DNA of 64,000 bases, taken from IMG/VR virus record IMGVR_UViG_3300020049_008481; one strand, 5' to 3'. The position numbers and the translations under genes are program-made. Below, piece by piece: positions 54,978 to 64,000 of the stretch. Source of the stretch: a virus. Lineage: Duplodnaviria; Heunggongvirae; Uroviricota; Caudoviricetes. The first letter of the stretch is position 1. The number at the start of each line of letters is the position of its first letter. The notes under the pieces are model-generated. The model was not told the DNA's origin, ran no database searches, and saw only the letters and a program-made list of their open reading frames with translations.

Positions 54978-57356
54978 CTAAATAGTGATATCCGAAGCAA
55001 CTAATTCTCCTAGATAAGTATCGGCAGAAATTTGTGTAAAACGGATAATATCAGTGTTAGCTGCAGTTGTCGAGAGCGTAGGCATAACACCGCCGACCCA
55101 TATGATTGTCGCAGTGCCAGCGTTGTCACTAGTCAAAACTCTTGGCCCAAATGAATCCTGCGTATAAACATGGGTTACCGCTCCGGGTCTGGGACCATCT
55201 GTTGGCAGATCCCATCCTTCAATATCATCTTCTAAAAGGATACTTTGCACATCAGCGCCATAGTCTCCATTTAAAGAAATAATTCTAGCTGGGGGTACAT
55301 AGATGGCATATGGGTCACCTATAGAAGAAGTCCCATTTGGCTCCCACACGCCGCCCCAGGTGCCAGCTACAGGGGTCAGCTTAAAGCTTTGAACTGGCTC
55401 TTTTGCTAAATGGAACGGATTAGCCACATTCACGGTAGGAGATGCAGCCCAAGTTATGACAGGACCGACACCACTACCACTAGCAGCCAGTACGGCAATC
55501 GTAATAGGAGTTCTGGCATCTGCCGTATCTGGTGCCGTTATCTCCAATGACCCAGTTGTTCCAGCAGAATCAACTAGAATCAATATCCCGCTAGAAGCGT
55601 TATCTGTTAAGTCCGTAGTAAGAGTATAGTTAGGCCCAGAGCCAGTAAGGTCAACAATTGAAGGAGCAACAGGAAAGCCCATCTTCCCCAAAGGAGGCTC
55701 AACAGTCAACGCCCATAGGTCTGAACCCGAATTCAAAGGAGTGCATCTGATAATAATTTGGTCTCTAGGTTCCGCAATTTCAAAGACATTAAAAGGATTC
55801 AGAGAAATGCCAGTATAGTTAATGTTAGAAACTAGCGGCAAATCACCACTTGCACTCAAAAGAATAATCGTGAATTCAGGTGAAGTTGAAGGGTCAGGAA
55901 GGTCCAGAGTAAGCTCTTCGGAAGAAGACGCATTAGGTACAACAAGGGTTACAGTGGCAGAGGCTATTCCAGTTAAATCCGCTGTTAATGGATAAGACGA
56001 AGCAGATTCGTCTATCACAGTAGTCCCAACGTATGACGAGCCACCACCACCGCCGCCACCATTTAGCCAAGCTAAACCATAATGCCAATCACCGGAGTCG
56101 GACTGAACGACAAAGACTTTGATAGCTGCACCGTCCGCGCCAATAACACCACCGTCGAACGGGTCATCCGTATACCAAACTGGGGTGATGTCAGTGACAG
56201 TTGCTCCATCTAGGATATGCCAATCCGTTGCAGGCAAGGAAGTCCCCGATGGATTCAACACCATTGTAAATGATCTTTCCTCATCGTATGGTGGAAAATA
56301 TATATCAGACGCCCCAGATATGGCTGCATAATAAGTCATGGCCTTACCGACAAGAGTGAAGTCTAGATCACCACTGGACTGCGTAACGTAATTAGCAGCG
56401 TCCCCTATCCTTATCCACGGAAGATTACCTGTTGCTTCTGTCGCTAAATCTATCTGATCTGGCTGAGTAATCTCTGTTGAAGTCCCGTAAGGAGCACCAG
56501 AAATAGTCTCATATCCGATATCAATGAATTCCGTATCCGCAGCATCCAACGTAGTTACAAGGCTGCTATCCCACAGGCCGAAAGAAGAAGTACGATAAAT
56601 TCTCCACTGATACCCTGCAGTGATCGGCGGATCGGGGTATGTTATGGTAACGCTGTTGGCGCTAGAAGTGTTGTTGGCCGTTGGCAGTCTGCTGTTTGTA
56701 TCTTCTGTCCATGAGCCGTCGTCAATAAACTCTCCACCCTCAAGGGTTGCAAGCTCATCAGAGAGAGCACGAATCTTTAAGAAGTCTAATGAGCTAGGTG
56801 AATATCTGTAGATGTTCCAACCGTTAGCACCAGAAGGTAGGGCTGGGTAAGTGAGGGTGACTTTACCAGTAGTTGTTCCAACAACATTAGCGTACACGGC
56901 AGGAGAAGGGGTTGTCTCTAGGCTAGGATCGCCATTAATATAAGCAGACAAAGTGTATTGGTAAGTACCAGCGCCTAAGGTTCCACCAGTTGTTTCAACC
57001 ACAGGAAGGTCAGGAATATCTGGAGGATCAATTTGCCCAGGGAGTTCAATCTCCGCTGTAGGAGAAGGAGCACCTTCTCGACCAGTATCATCAATCAAAG
57101 ATACTGCGTAGTAAAGAGTCTGGCCACCAGCAAACCCACCAGATCCAGCATCTGAGGTAAGCTCAGGAGGGTCACCTACAGTGTCCCCGGTGACTACAAC
57201 GCCAGTATGATGGTGGTTCATAATGGCGTAAACAAGGGCATCCATGTCCACCCTGTCTGCAACTAATGCCTTGTAGCCGTCTTCGGCTAAGGAGCCAGAG
57301 GCCCCTACCGTTGACCAGCCAAAATTAGTGGTACTGCCGTTTGCCATATTCTGCAC
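54978..57356 (-). CDS. minor tail / tail-fibre protein with a poly-Gly run (GGGGGGGSS)
   Basis: Large ORF with repetitive T/S/G-rich beta-rich sequence typical of phage fibres. Confidence 0.5.
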   Translation of the reverse strand: MQNMANGSTTNFGWSTVGASGSLAEDGYKALVADRVDMDALVYAIMNHHHTGVVVTGDTVGDPPELTSDAGSGGFAGGQTLYYAVSLIDDTGREGAPSPTAEIELPGQIDPPDIPDLPVVETTGGTLGAGTYQYTLSAYINGDPSLETTPSPAVYANVVGTTTGKVTLTYPALPSGANGWNIYRYSPSSLDFLKIRALSDELATLEGGEFIDDGSWTEDTNSRLPTANNTSSANSVTITYPDPPITAGYQWRIYRTSSFGLWDSSLVTTLDAADTEFIDIGYETISGAPYGTSTEITQPDQIDLATEATGNLPWIRIGDAANYVTQSSGDLDFTLVGKAMTYYAAISGASDIYFPPYDEERSFTMVLNPSGTSLPATDWHILDGATVTDITPVWYTDDPFDGGVIGADGAAIKVFVVQSDSGDWHYGLAWLNGGGGGGGSSYVGTTVIDESASSYPLTADLTGIASATVTLVVPNASSSEELTLDLPDPSTSPEFTIILLSASGDLPLVSNINYTGISLNPFNVFEIAEPRDQIIIRCTPLNSGSDLWALTVEPPLGKMGFPVAPSIVDLTGSGPNYTLTTDLTDNASSGILILVDSAGTTGSLEITAPDTADARTPITIAVLAASGSGVGPVITWAASPTVNVANPFHLAKEPVQSFKLTPVAGTWGGVWEPNGTSSIGDPYAIYVPPARIISLNGDYGADVQSILLEDDIEGWDLPTDGPRPGAVTHVYTQDSFGPRVLTSDNAGTATIIWVGGVMPTLSTTAANTDIIRFTQISADTYLGELVASDITI

Positions 57357-57400
57357 CTTTCCTGTTCATAGATAATCGTCTGTTTCTCATGGTAATGAAC

Positions 57401-58135
57401 CTACAAAAACATCCCTATGAACTCATCCCTGGTAAGAGATTCACCTAATTCACTAATACTTAACGTATCGCTATTAATTAGCTCAATAGGATCTATGTAT
57501 GTTCCAGGGAATACTTCTACTATATCTAAGTAAATATCGAAACTAGGATCAGGGGAAGAACTATAAGCGGCTATAGGAAACAACCGACTACCAGAAGGCA
57601 CCTCGTCTGTTTCGGTTGCAAATATAGCAGTAGTAGAAAAAACCTGACCTACTTCTAAATCCCCTACCTTATGAAGTGCCCCACCTATAGCTAAATAGTC
57701 TGCGTCTATGACCGTATCCGTGAGAAACTGGTATATGATAATAGTTGGTATAGGCTGATAAGTATAAGGAGGCTCAGGCTCTTCTCCGAAAGTCGTCTGA
57801 GACGGTCCTATATTATCTAAAGACAATGAACCTAATGCTAAAATTTGCAAATCTGGATTGCCGCCCTCCAGGGCAATCCCTAAATGATTAGAATAGTCTT
57901 CATCAATAGTTATCTCACCTGTTATAGCAATATACCCTCCAGAGACCACGTTGGGGATGCTATATGACTGCACCCTGAGCGTGCCGCTACACAGATCCCC
58001 GAAGTATGGGGAATAATCTAATCCTGCATCTTCGTAAAACGCAAACTCTTCAGCATTTCTAGTACGGCTTGAAGATGGAGTCAACGGGACCGGAGCAGTC
58101 CCCTCTACTGGGCCAATTGTTCTTTCTGATAACAT
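57401..58135 (-). CDS. minor tail protein
   Basis: ORF in the tail module. Confidence 0.45.
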   Translation of the reverse strand: MLSERTIGPVEGTAPVPLTPSSSRTRNAEEFAFYEDAGLDYSPYFGDLCSGTLRVQSYSIPNVVSGGYIAITGEITIDEDYSNHLGIALEGGNPDLQILALGSLSLDNIGPSQTTFGEEPEPPYTYQPIPTIIIYQFLTDTVIDADYLAIGGALHKVGDLEVGQVFSTTAIFATETDEVPSGSRLFPIAAYSSSPDPSFDIYLDIVEVFPGTYIDPIELINSDTLSISELGESLTRDEFIGMFL

Positions 58136-58806
58136 TAGTCTTCTGGCCTCCAGAGTATCAAACTAAAAAGTGGAGTATCTGAAATTGTTATCTCTGGGAC
58201 AGATAGATCCCATTGAGTCACAGTCATGTGCACATCTAAGTCAGCGCCTTCCTCGTCGCTAAAATAGACATTGCCACTAGTCACAAGGCCCGATGTGTCA
58301 CTGAAATTATATGTGATAGTCCCAGCCACATCACCAAACGAGAAATCCATTATCCCATTTCTTATAACGCTAAGCGAAGGGAATACGTCTAAAACAACAT
58401 CCATCCTCAAAGTAAAGAACCATTCGCCAGTAGTTGCAACACCCGGAAGCCCCTGGTAGCTTATGCTTGTAAGCTGCTCTGGTAACCAAATAAACTCATC
58501 TGGATTATCGTTGTTGCTTAACTTCTTCCCCGGAGAGTGCATTACGGTTTGCCATTCAGAAAACTGGTTAGGAGTGATTAACGTATATGAATCGTTTAAA
58601 TCGTATTCAACGCCATTCTCCGCATTCAGTCTTGTCCCATTCCATTGAATAAACTTGCTATACAGGCCATCACGGAAGTTTTTTACAATATCATCATCAA
58701 AGGATTCATCCTGCCAATCAACTATAGGTAATCTTTTGATGGGTTCATCTGCTATCTGGACAACTGTTTGAATCCATCGATCAAATGCTCTAGTAATATA
58801 AGTCAT
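58135..58806 (-). CDS. minor tail protein
   Basis: ORF, ATGA overlap. Confidence 0.45.
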   Translation of the reverse strand: MTYITRAFDRWIQTVVQIADEPIKRLPIVDWQDESFDDDIVKNFRDGLYSKFIQWNGTRLNAENGVEYDLNDSYTLITPNQFSEWQTVMHSPGKKLSNNDNPDEFIWLPEQLTSISYQGLPGVATTGEWFFTLRMDVVLDVFPSLSVIRNGIMDFSFGDVAGTITYNFSDTSGLVTSGNVYFSDEEGADLDVHMTVTQWDLSVPEITISDTPLFSLILWRPED

Positions 58807-58808
58807 GG

Positions 58809-59228
58809 CTAGTCCCCGTCAGGGTTTGCGCCAACCAATGCCTGACCTGAAATCACCCAATTCACAATGCACTTAGTCCCGACAGGTCCGCCCGTCACAA
58901 CAATGCCAATCCTGGCACCTTGATAATGCTGTTCGACTCCACGCGTAACTGTGTTCCAGCTTAGCAATATGGGGTTAACAATAGGGATCATCCCAGCAGT
59001 AAACGACGAGTCTGCAGCTAGTTCTGCACCAAACACCACAGAAGGACGCTGAGTAAATTCAACAGGGAAAAGGATATCAATTTCCGTTTCCACCCCATCA
59101 CCATCTTTGCCGTCAATATTCGGGCCAGTGCATCTAATAAGTCCAGAAACAGAAGTAGACTTTGCTAATGCAGCCTGCCGTTGTGCTAGGTCAGCAGCAA
59201 CTCTAGCTATTGCAGTATCTATCCTCAT
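58809..59228 (-). CDS. minor tail protein
   Basis: ORF. Confidence 0.45.
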   Translation of the reverse strand: MRIDTAIARVAADLAQRQAALAKSTSVSGLIRCTGPNIDGKDGDGVETEIDILFPVEFTQRPSVVFGAELAADSSFTAGMIPIVNPILLSWNTVTRGVEQHYQGARIGIVVTGGPVGTKCIVNWVISGQALVGANPDGD

Positions 59229-59371
59229 GGGCCAGCCTCTTCTTCTACAGTCCTAATTTGGTAGAGCTTAGGATCAGTTGGGGCCAGGCGTAGCACTGAT
59301 CTGGAGCTTGTACGTTCCAGTTGAGCAGCCAGTTCTTCAGATATCTCAAAGTAAGGAGGCAAAGCTGCCAT
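59225..59371 (-). CDS. tiny coupled ORF (48 aa)
   Basis: Starts at the TAATG overlap with the 1294-aa gene stop and ends at the CCATGAGG overlap with the next gene start; fills an otherwise empty 140-nt gap. Confidence 0.35.
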   Translation of the reverse strand: MAALPPYFEISEELAAQLERTSSRSVLRLAPTDPKLYQIRTVEEEAGP

Positions 59372-62300
59372 TATCCCACCACCAATTCCATGCCCTTGAG
59401 CAGATACCCATCTGACTCAAGCAACTGTCCTCTATTAAGCTTCTTCAACCTATTAATATTGAATCTCTCAGGGAAGTATCTACCGTTAAGCCGAACTCTG
59501 ATGCGATCCCATGTTTCATAGTCATCAGGGATAACGTATCTACGATAAGGCTTGGGGAGTTCCTGATTAGTACCACTCTTACGTAACGCCCAGTTCTCTC
59601 GGTCACCAAGCCAGTTGGTTTCTAGCGTCATGGTGTATTTACCAGTGGTAAAGTTATGGCTGGAACGTATGCTTCTAACGTAATGGATGCTTGACTCTGC
59701 AGTCACCCTTTCAATAATCCGAACTTGGTCATTGCAACTCAGTAGAGGATTGGCTTTAATGGTAGCATTTGTCTGCCTGAGGGACATGAAGATATGCATC
59801 GAAATAAGTTCAGCCATGCGTCTCTGCTCTTCAAGAGACATAAAAGTATTATTGATCCACATAACAGGGTTGACCATACCACGAAGCAGGTCTTTACCTA
59901 CAGGATTCTTGAACCGTGTAGTCTTAGTGGCCTCTAAGTTTTCGGTTGGCTCTTCGGTAGAGACAATAATTTCTGATCTAACATTGTCAACATTAAGTTG
60001 CTTAGACAAGTCGAACAAGTTAGTGTCCTCATTTAGCTCTGGAATAAATATAGTTCTCGTACCATATTCATCAAAGTTCCCAGGCTGATAGAAGTTAGGC
60101 GACTCGAAATGACACTCGCCCTCTTCACCGATCCAGAAGAAATAACCAACAATCTGTCTAATCTGATTAATCACGTCAATAGGCGGACGCTTATCAAACA
60201 TGTCAGCAGGCAAAGGTGCCTCCGCATATGCCCCAGTAGATTCGATGTTACCATACACGTCAGGGTACTGAAGCTGTAAAGGCTTCCATCCAACAAGCAG
60301 GAAGCTGAACATCACATTAGCCGTGCCATCAAAAACGATAGTGTTATCTCCTGGCTCCATGAACCACCAATCATTCGCTGGATCAAGTGAGCTTGAATAA
60401 TCAACTCCACCGGGGCCAATCGCAGTCTCAAGAGCAAAGTTAACCACAGTACCTGCCGGTAGCGGTACAGTTGACTGCACAATTGGGGTGCCAGCAGAAG
60501 AGGCATTCGTTACCTTTAGGATACCAGTAGCTTGCATTGTGACAACTGGCATCGAGTTGACGAATACAGGATTAGACATGTTTATAGTTTGACTAGGTGA
60601 CGTGGTTGTATATGTGGTTTGAGGTCTGGGCTGCTCAACACTCGGTAAGCGATGATATGATCCATCCCTAAGTGGCAGCAAGTACCATCCTGCCCACAAC
60701 AGGATCTGCTTGATGATGTCACTGTAGTCAGAGTTGCCAGTAAAATACACCGTACCACGCCTGCGAGCCAACCAGTTATGATGTTTCAAGGTGGGACACC
60801 AGATAATTCCAGAGTATAATTCGTTTGTTACTTTAAGGGGGTTCTTAACCTTTTTCTGAGAAGATAGAACAGGACACACAACATCCCCTGATCTGACTGT
60901 CGTGCTCCACTTGCTGAACATCTTAGTCGTATTAGGAGTTAATCCCGCAAGAACACATGCCATTTCGAACATTCTTATTCTACGTTCATCTTTTTGGGTT
61001 AAGATGACCACACCATTATCTTTACGTCGATGGCCATCAGCATCAACACTTGTTTCTATAAAAATACTCAATTGCTTCTTGGTCAAAGAGCACAAGAAAT
61101 CAACCGTAGGAACTCGATCAGGAGCTACTAACTCAAATTCTCTTCTCACTTCATTACATAACCTATATACCGAAACGCCAGAGTTGTTTATAGTTTCTCT
61201 CCATTTGCAGGGCTTCTTGCCATGTCCATAGCTCATAGAACCAGGAGGGCCATATAAATTGTAAAGACACTTTTCTATCCTTAAAGCATATGGCAAGTTA
61301 ACTTCTTTTGATTGAGCTATGCAAGCCCTATCGGACAAAGACCCTTCGGTCCAGAACCAAGCTATTAATTCTACGAATTCATCAGAATACTTTGAAACCA
61401 ACGGAGTATCTGAACGATCAACTGATGTAGGAATTCTACTCTTATAATCAAGAGTTTCAGTAGTCCCCCAGCTAAATTCACCTTCCTTGGACTTCAATAA
61501 CCATTTATGATTAGGAGTGGTCAGCGAACTATGCCTACGTCCTTCCATCCTAACCATTTCTAAATCAGTGTAATCCTTAACAAACATCTCAGTTATCATA
61601 CTCCACTCAGAAGTCCCAGTGAGTGGATTGATTGAGAGCGATTCATCACCTATTTTAACTTCATCCCAATGTAGCCAACCTCTCTTCGTCAAGATTTCTG
61701 TCTGGTCATCAACACAATAGTTTCCTGGGTATCTATTAGAAGTGGTCGTGTAGGTGGTGCGGTTCTCATAGGTTGGAGGGACATAACCAGATCCACCACC
61801 ACCACCTTCTAGTGGAGTAGTGTCGTAGAATTTTACTTCACGGATTCCAGCACGATAAGGAAAATCACCCAACTTACTGTTCTGAAGATGTCTAAAAGAT
61901 ATACGGACTTTTTCTACGCCGTCGTAGGTTCTTCCAAGATCAAACATCGTCTTGGCTTTAGCGTTAAAGTTCTCAGTTCTACGACCAAGCTTCTTGGCAG
62001 CAATGTATTTGATACCCGCATTAGTATTGCCAAGCACAGCTAGGGAATAAGGAATCTTCTTTGAACCTATCCACTTACCATCTATTCTTAGACTTACATA
62101 TGCAACAAAACCAGATCCCCAAGTTGTCAACTCCACTGAGTCCATAGACTGCCCATTAAGGTCAGCTTCCCACCAGACGGTCCCATAGGGCTGTGTAGCG
62201 CCCTGGTAGCCCTCTGATAGCCAGAAGGTACGCTCATTCTCATCTATGGCGTTAGCGGGGTACCAGCCGTATACCCCATGATTAGATCCACCGTAATGAA

Positions 62301-63255
62301 CATCAGAGCTAGAACTAGAATATGTTGCAGGTCTACGGATCTGATTGGTAGCAATTTCACCTGTAGGAACACTGATGGACCCAGGATCGATGAGGATAGA
62401 TTCAACCACAGGGGTTATGATTGTTTCATCCCTATACTTAGAGAGCCTAAGTGGATAACTATCGGCTGGCATAAACGGAGGATACATCTGAGTCTGCAAA
62501 AGCAGCTTCGTCATGTCCTGACAGGGGATAGTTATTTTACGAGAACGTGAATCAAAGGTGGGGCTATTCGCCAGCCACACACCAGTTAGAACAACATCAC
62601 CATCGGCTTTAGCCTGCTCAAACGTCTTCTCAGGATCGGAAGTCTCAGCGTATCCCTCGTAAGTCCTGAATAGAGCGTTAGGCACGATTTCGTTGTACCA
62701 TTCATTATTATCATGCTCCCATAAGCTTGTCGCAATTAAACTAGCCCCACCAGTTCTCCTTGGGTCAAAGACACCATCTGGCTTAAGAACAACGTATTTA
62801 TCACCGCCGCGGTTAGGAGTCATATAGCCTGGTCGGCCAAGATCGTTAGATGGGCGGCCTGAAACTTCCCCATTAGCCATTAGGTTTTGGTTGCCAAGAA
62901 CTAGCGTACACTCGGCTGCCTGAGACTCGACAGATCGATTCCATTCGATAGATTCCACGTTAGGAAGAACTGTTTCTATCTGATCATTATCGGCACGCTG
63001 CCACCAGCGGAACGGCCCCTTGGGGGTTTTAACACTGTTATACGGGTTGGCTGGTTCCGTATTTGGATGATCACGTTCAGGCGGGGCAGGATCAGGTTCG
63101 CCAGTATCTACATCAGGAAGCTCAGTATAGACAGATGGGTTCGTATATTCAGAAGAAGAAAGGAACCAATCTTTCTCGATAGTCACCCAACCAAGAGGGA
63201 TTAGGGTTCTGTCATCTTGCCATTTTCTCCAAATCCCATTGCTTAACTGTCTCAC
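59371..63255 (-). CDS. large minor tail protein with an F5/8 type C (discoidin-like) carbohydrate-binding domain, interrupted by an intein
   Basis: YPANAIDENERTFWLSEGY...WWEADLNG...AGIREVKFY discoidin-like blocks (residues about 320-477), then a GGGGGSG linker, then the intein (residues 514-841). Confidence 0.55.
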   Translation of the reverse strand: MRQLSNGIWRKWQDDRTLIPLGWVTIEKDWFLSSSEYTNPSVYTELPDVDTGEPDPAPPERDHPNTEPANPYNSVKTPKGPFRWWQRADNDQIETVLPNVESIEWNRSVESQAAECTLVLGNQNLMANGEVSGRPSNDLGRPGYMTPNRGGDKYVVLKPDGVFDPRRTGGASLIATSLWEHDNNEWYNEIVPNALFRTYEGYAETSDPEKTFEQAKADGDVVLTGVWLANSPTFDSRSRKITIPCQDMTKLLLQTQMYPPFMPADSYPLRLSKYRDETIITPVVESILIDPGSISVPTGEIATNQIRRPATYSSSSSDVHYGGSNHGVYGWYPANAIDENERTFWLSEGYQGATQPYGTVWWEADLNGQSMDSVELTTWGSGFVAYVSLRIDGKWIGSKKIPYSLAVLGNTNAGIKYIAAKKLGRRTENFNAKAKTMFDLGRTYDGVEKVRISFRHLQNSKLGDFPYRAGIREVKFYDTTPLEGGGGGSGYVPPTYENRTTYTTTSNRYPGNYCVDDQTEILTKRGWLHWDEVKIGDESLSINPLTGTSEWSMITEMFVKDYTDLEMVRMEGRRHSSLTTPNHKWLLKSKEGEFSWGTTETLDYKSRIPTSVDRSDTPLVSKYSDEFVELIAWFWTEGSLSDRACIAQSKEVNLPYALRIEKCLYNLYGPPGSMSYGHGKKPCKWRETINNSGVSVYRLCNEVRREFELVAPDRVPTVDFLCSLTKKQLSIFIETSVDADGHRRKDNGVVILTQKDERRIRMFEMACVLAGLTPNTTKMFSKWSTTVRSGDVVCPVLSSQKKVKNPLKVTNELYSGIIWCPTLKHHNWLARRRGTVYFTGNSDYSDIIKQILLWAGWYLLPLRDGSYHRLPSVEQPRPQTTYTTTSPSQTINMSNPVFVNSMPVVTMQATGILKVTNASSAGTPIVQSTVPLPAGTVVNFALETAIGPGGVDYSSSLDPANDWWFMEPGDNTIVFDGTANVMFSFLLVGWKPLQLQYPDVYGNIESTGAYAEAPLPADMFDKRPPIDVINQIRQIVGYFFWIGEEGECHFESPNFYQPGNFDEYGTRTIFIPELNEDTNLFDLSKQLNVDNVRSEIIVSTEEPTENLEATKTTRFKNPVGKDLLRGMVNPVMWINNTFMSLEEQRRMAELISMHIFMSLRQTNATIKANPLLSCNDQVRIIERVTAESSIHYVRSIRSSHNFTTGKYTMTLETNWLGDRENWALRKSGTNQELPKPYRRYVIPDDYETWDRIRVRLNGRYFPERFNINRLKKLNRGQLLESDGYLLKGMELVVG
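60733..61716 (-). other. intein with LAGLIDADG-type homing endonuclease inside the minor tail protein
   Basis: Block A CVDDQTEILTKRGW; block B TTPNHKWL; LAGLIDADG-like VELIAWFWTEGS and LSIFIETSVDADGH; blocks F/G LYSGIIWCPTLKHHNWLARRRGTVYFTGN with +1 Ser (penultimate Gly instead of His). Confidence 0.55.
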
Positions 63256-63623
63256 GGAACATCCACCTCTGTAAGCTTCATCTTGTATTTATGCCTCCAC
63301 TGGCTATGGCGTCTTGGTTCCGATGTTAATTCAAGGTCTGTAATAAAAACCCAAGTTTCTCTTTCTAAGTCATCAGTTAAAAGAACTTGCACCATGTTCT
63401 CAAATATGTTTACCAAAAAGTCGTAACTATCTTCATCTAAGATAACACCAGTTATCTCGGCAGTTCTAGGTAAGGCGCTCCCAATTGCAACATATGGTTT
63501 ACCAGTTAAAGTTCTATCCTTAGAAAGATTACGAGAACGAGTAAAAGACCCACCAGAGTTCGGGTTAATAGGAAAGCTTATTATAGTTGGAGTTGCAGCG
63601 CCATCGCTTATGGTCCATCTCAT
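63252..63623 (-). CDS. minor tail protein (123 aa)
   Basis: ORF, ATGA overlap. Confidence 0.45.
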   Translation of the reverse strand: MRWTISDGAATPTIISFPINPNSGGSFTRSRNLSKDRTLTGKPYVAIGSALPRTAEITGVILDEDSYDFLVNIFENMVQVLLTDDLERETWVFITDLELTSEPRRHSQWRHKYKMKLTEVDVP

Positions 63624-63678
63624 TTAGCCATCCCCTTTTAAAACCTTAACCTTAACTATATATCTGACTTTTCAGGCT

Positions 63679-63978
63679 TTAATTAAGCCTTTCAATAGCA
63701 AACATCTGTAATGACCAAGTATGTTTCCAAGGGGCACCAGCAGAACGAACCCTAGATGGCTCATATGACTCTATAATTACAAGAAACTGTCTACCCAAAT
63801 GGTCCTTAAAAATAACAGGCCGAGGCTTAGAGGCCCACTCGTCAAATCGTTCATGCTGTTGCTCATCAATCAAAGTACCTGAAATACTAAAATCCCCACC
63901 AACAAGCAACTGGCTATCCTGGACAGCGGCACCATGATCCAGATAGCTGTAGGCAGAAGCTTTAGAATGAAAAGGCAT
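63679..63978 (-). CDS. hypothetical tail-module protein (99 aa)
   Basis: ORF. An upstream minus-strand gene appears to end (TAA) at about 63987, with the rest outside the window. Confidence 0.4.
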   Translation of the reverse strand: MPFHSKASAYSYLDHGAAVQDSQLLVGGDFSISGTLIDEQQHERFDEWASKPRPVIFKDHLGRQFLVIIESYEPSRVRSAGAPWKHTWSLQMFAIERLN

Positions 63979-64000
63979 AGACGCATTATTCGGACCAATG

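Noticed and set aside
55980-56080. Poly-Gly-encoding GGN/CCN run in the 792-aa fibre gene, and other short nucleotide repeats, as possible CRISPR or VNTR
   Set aside because: Single short homocodon run inside a coding region. No repeat-spacer periodicity was seen anywhere in the window, so no CRISPR array is present.
63979-64000. Partial upstream minus-strand gene at the window edge
   Set aside because: Only a stop codon and about 4 codons are visible, which is insufficient to call.

Overview
This window looks like a large tailed dsDNA phage, most probably an actinobacteriophage. Evidence: a WhiB-like Fe-S regulator with the GIWGG motif, a DnaB-family helicase carrying a class-3 (WCT) intein as described for mycobacteriophage helicases, and a CHAP plus PG-binding endolysin. 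The genome is arranged in convergent arms. (1) Positions 1-25.8 kb on the + strand are densely tiled small early genes. They include an unusual enzyme cluster at 0.6-8.9 kb: a CDA-fold deaminase, two paralogous Cys/His-repeat proteins, two paralogous GS/GCS2-like amidoligase-family proteins, a class-II glutamine amidotransferase, an AIG2/gamma-glutamyl-cyclotransferase, an acidic DDYYEDDYY-repeat protein, and a GNAT-motif protein. The same arm carries a metallophosphoesterase, a RuvB-like AAA+ ATPase, an HNH-ligase fusion, and a MoxR-like AAA+ ATPase with two vWA proteins. (2) A two-gene minus-strand island at 25.8-26.9 kb encodes an acidic protein and a second metallophosphoesterase. (3) A + strand nucleotide-metabolism block at 27-34.7 kb encodes an RNR (probably class II), MazG, thioredoxin, an SPFH/band-7 protein and a tRNA-Met(CAT) with its own promoter. 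(4) The minus-strand arm at 34.8-64 kb runs, in transcription order from right to left: minor-tail genes with an intein-bearing F5/8-type-C protein and large fibre proteins; a lysis cassette of CHAP endolysin plus membrane proteins; the DnaE Pol III alpha gene with an intein; HNH; a RecB-family nuclease; an AAA_24 ATPase; an SSB-like protein; RecA; a primase-helicase with a class-3 intein and LAGLIDADG domain; WhiB; a PRTase; and HNH. Three inteins, three or four HNH genes, four near-consensus TTGACA-N17-TATACT promoters, two rho-independent terminators and a diverged RNR gene fragment are also visible. No CRISPR array, integrase or rRNA was seen.
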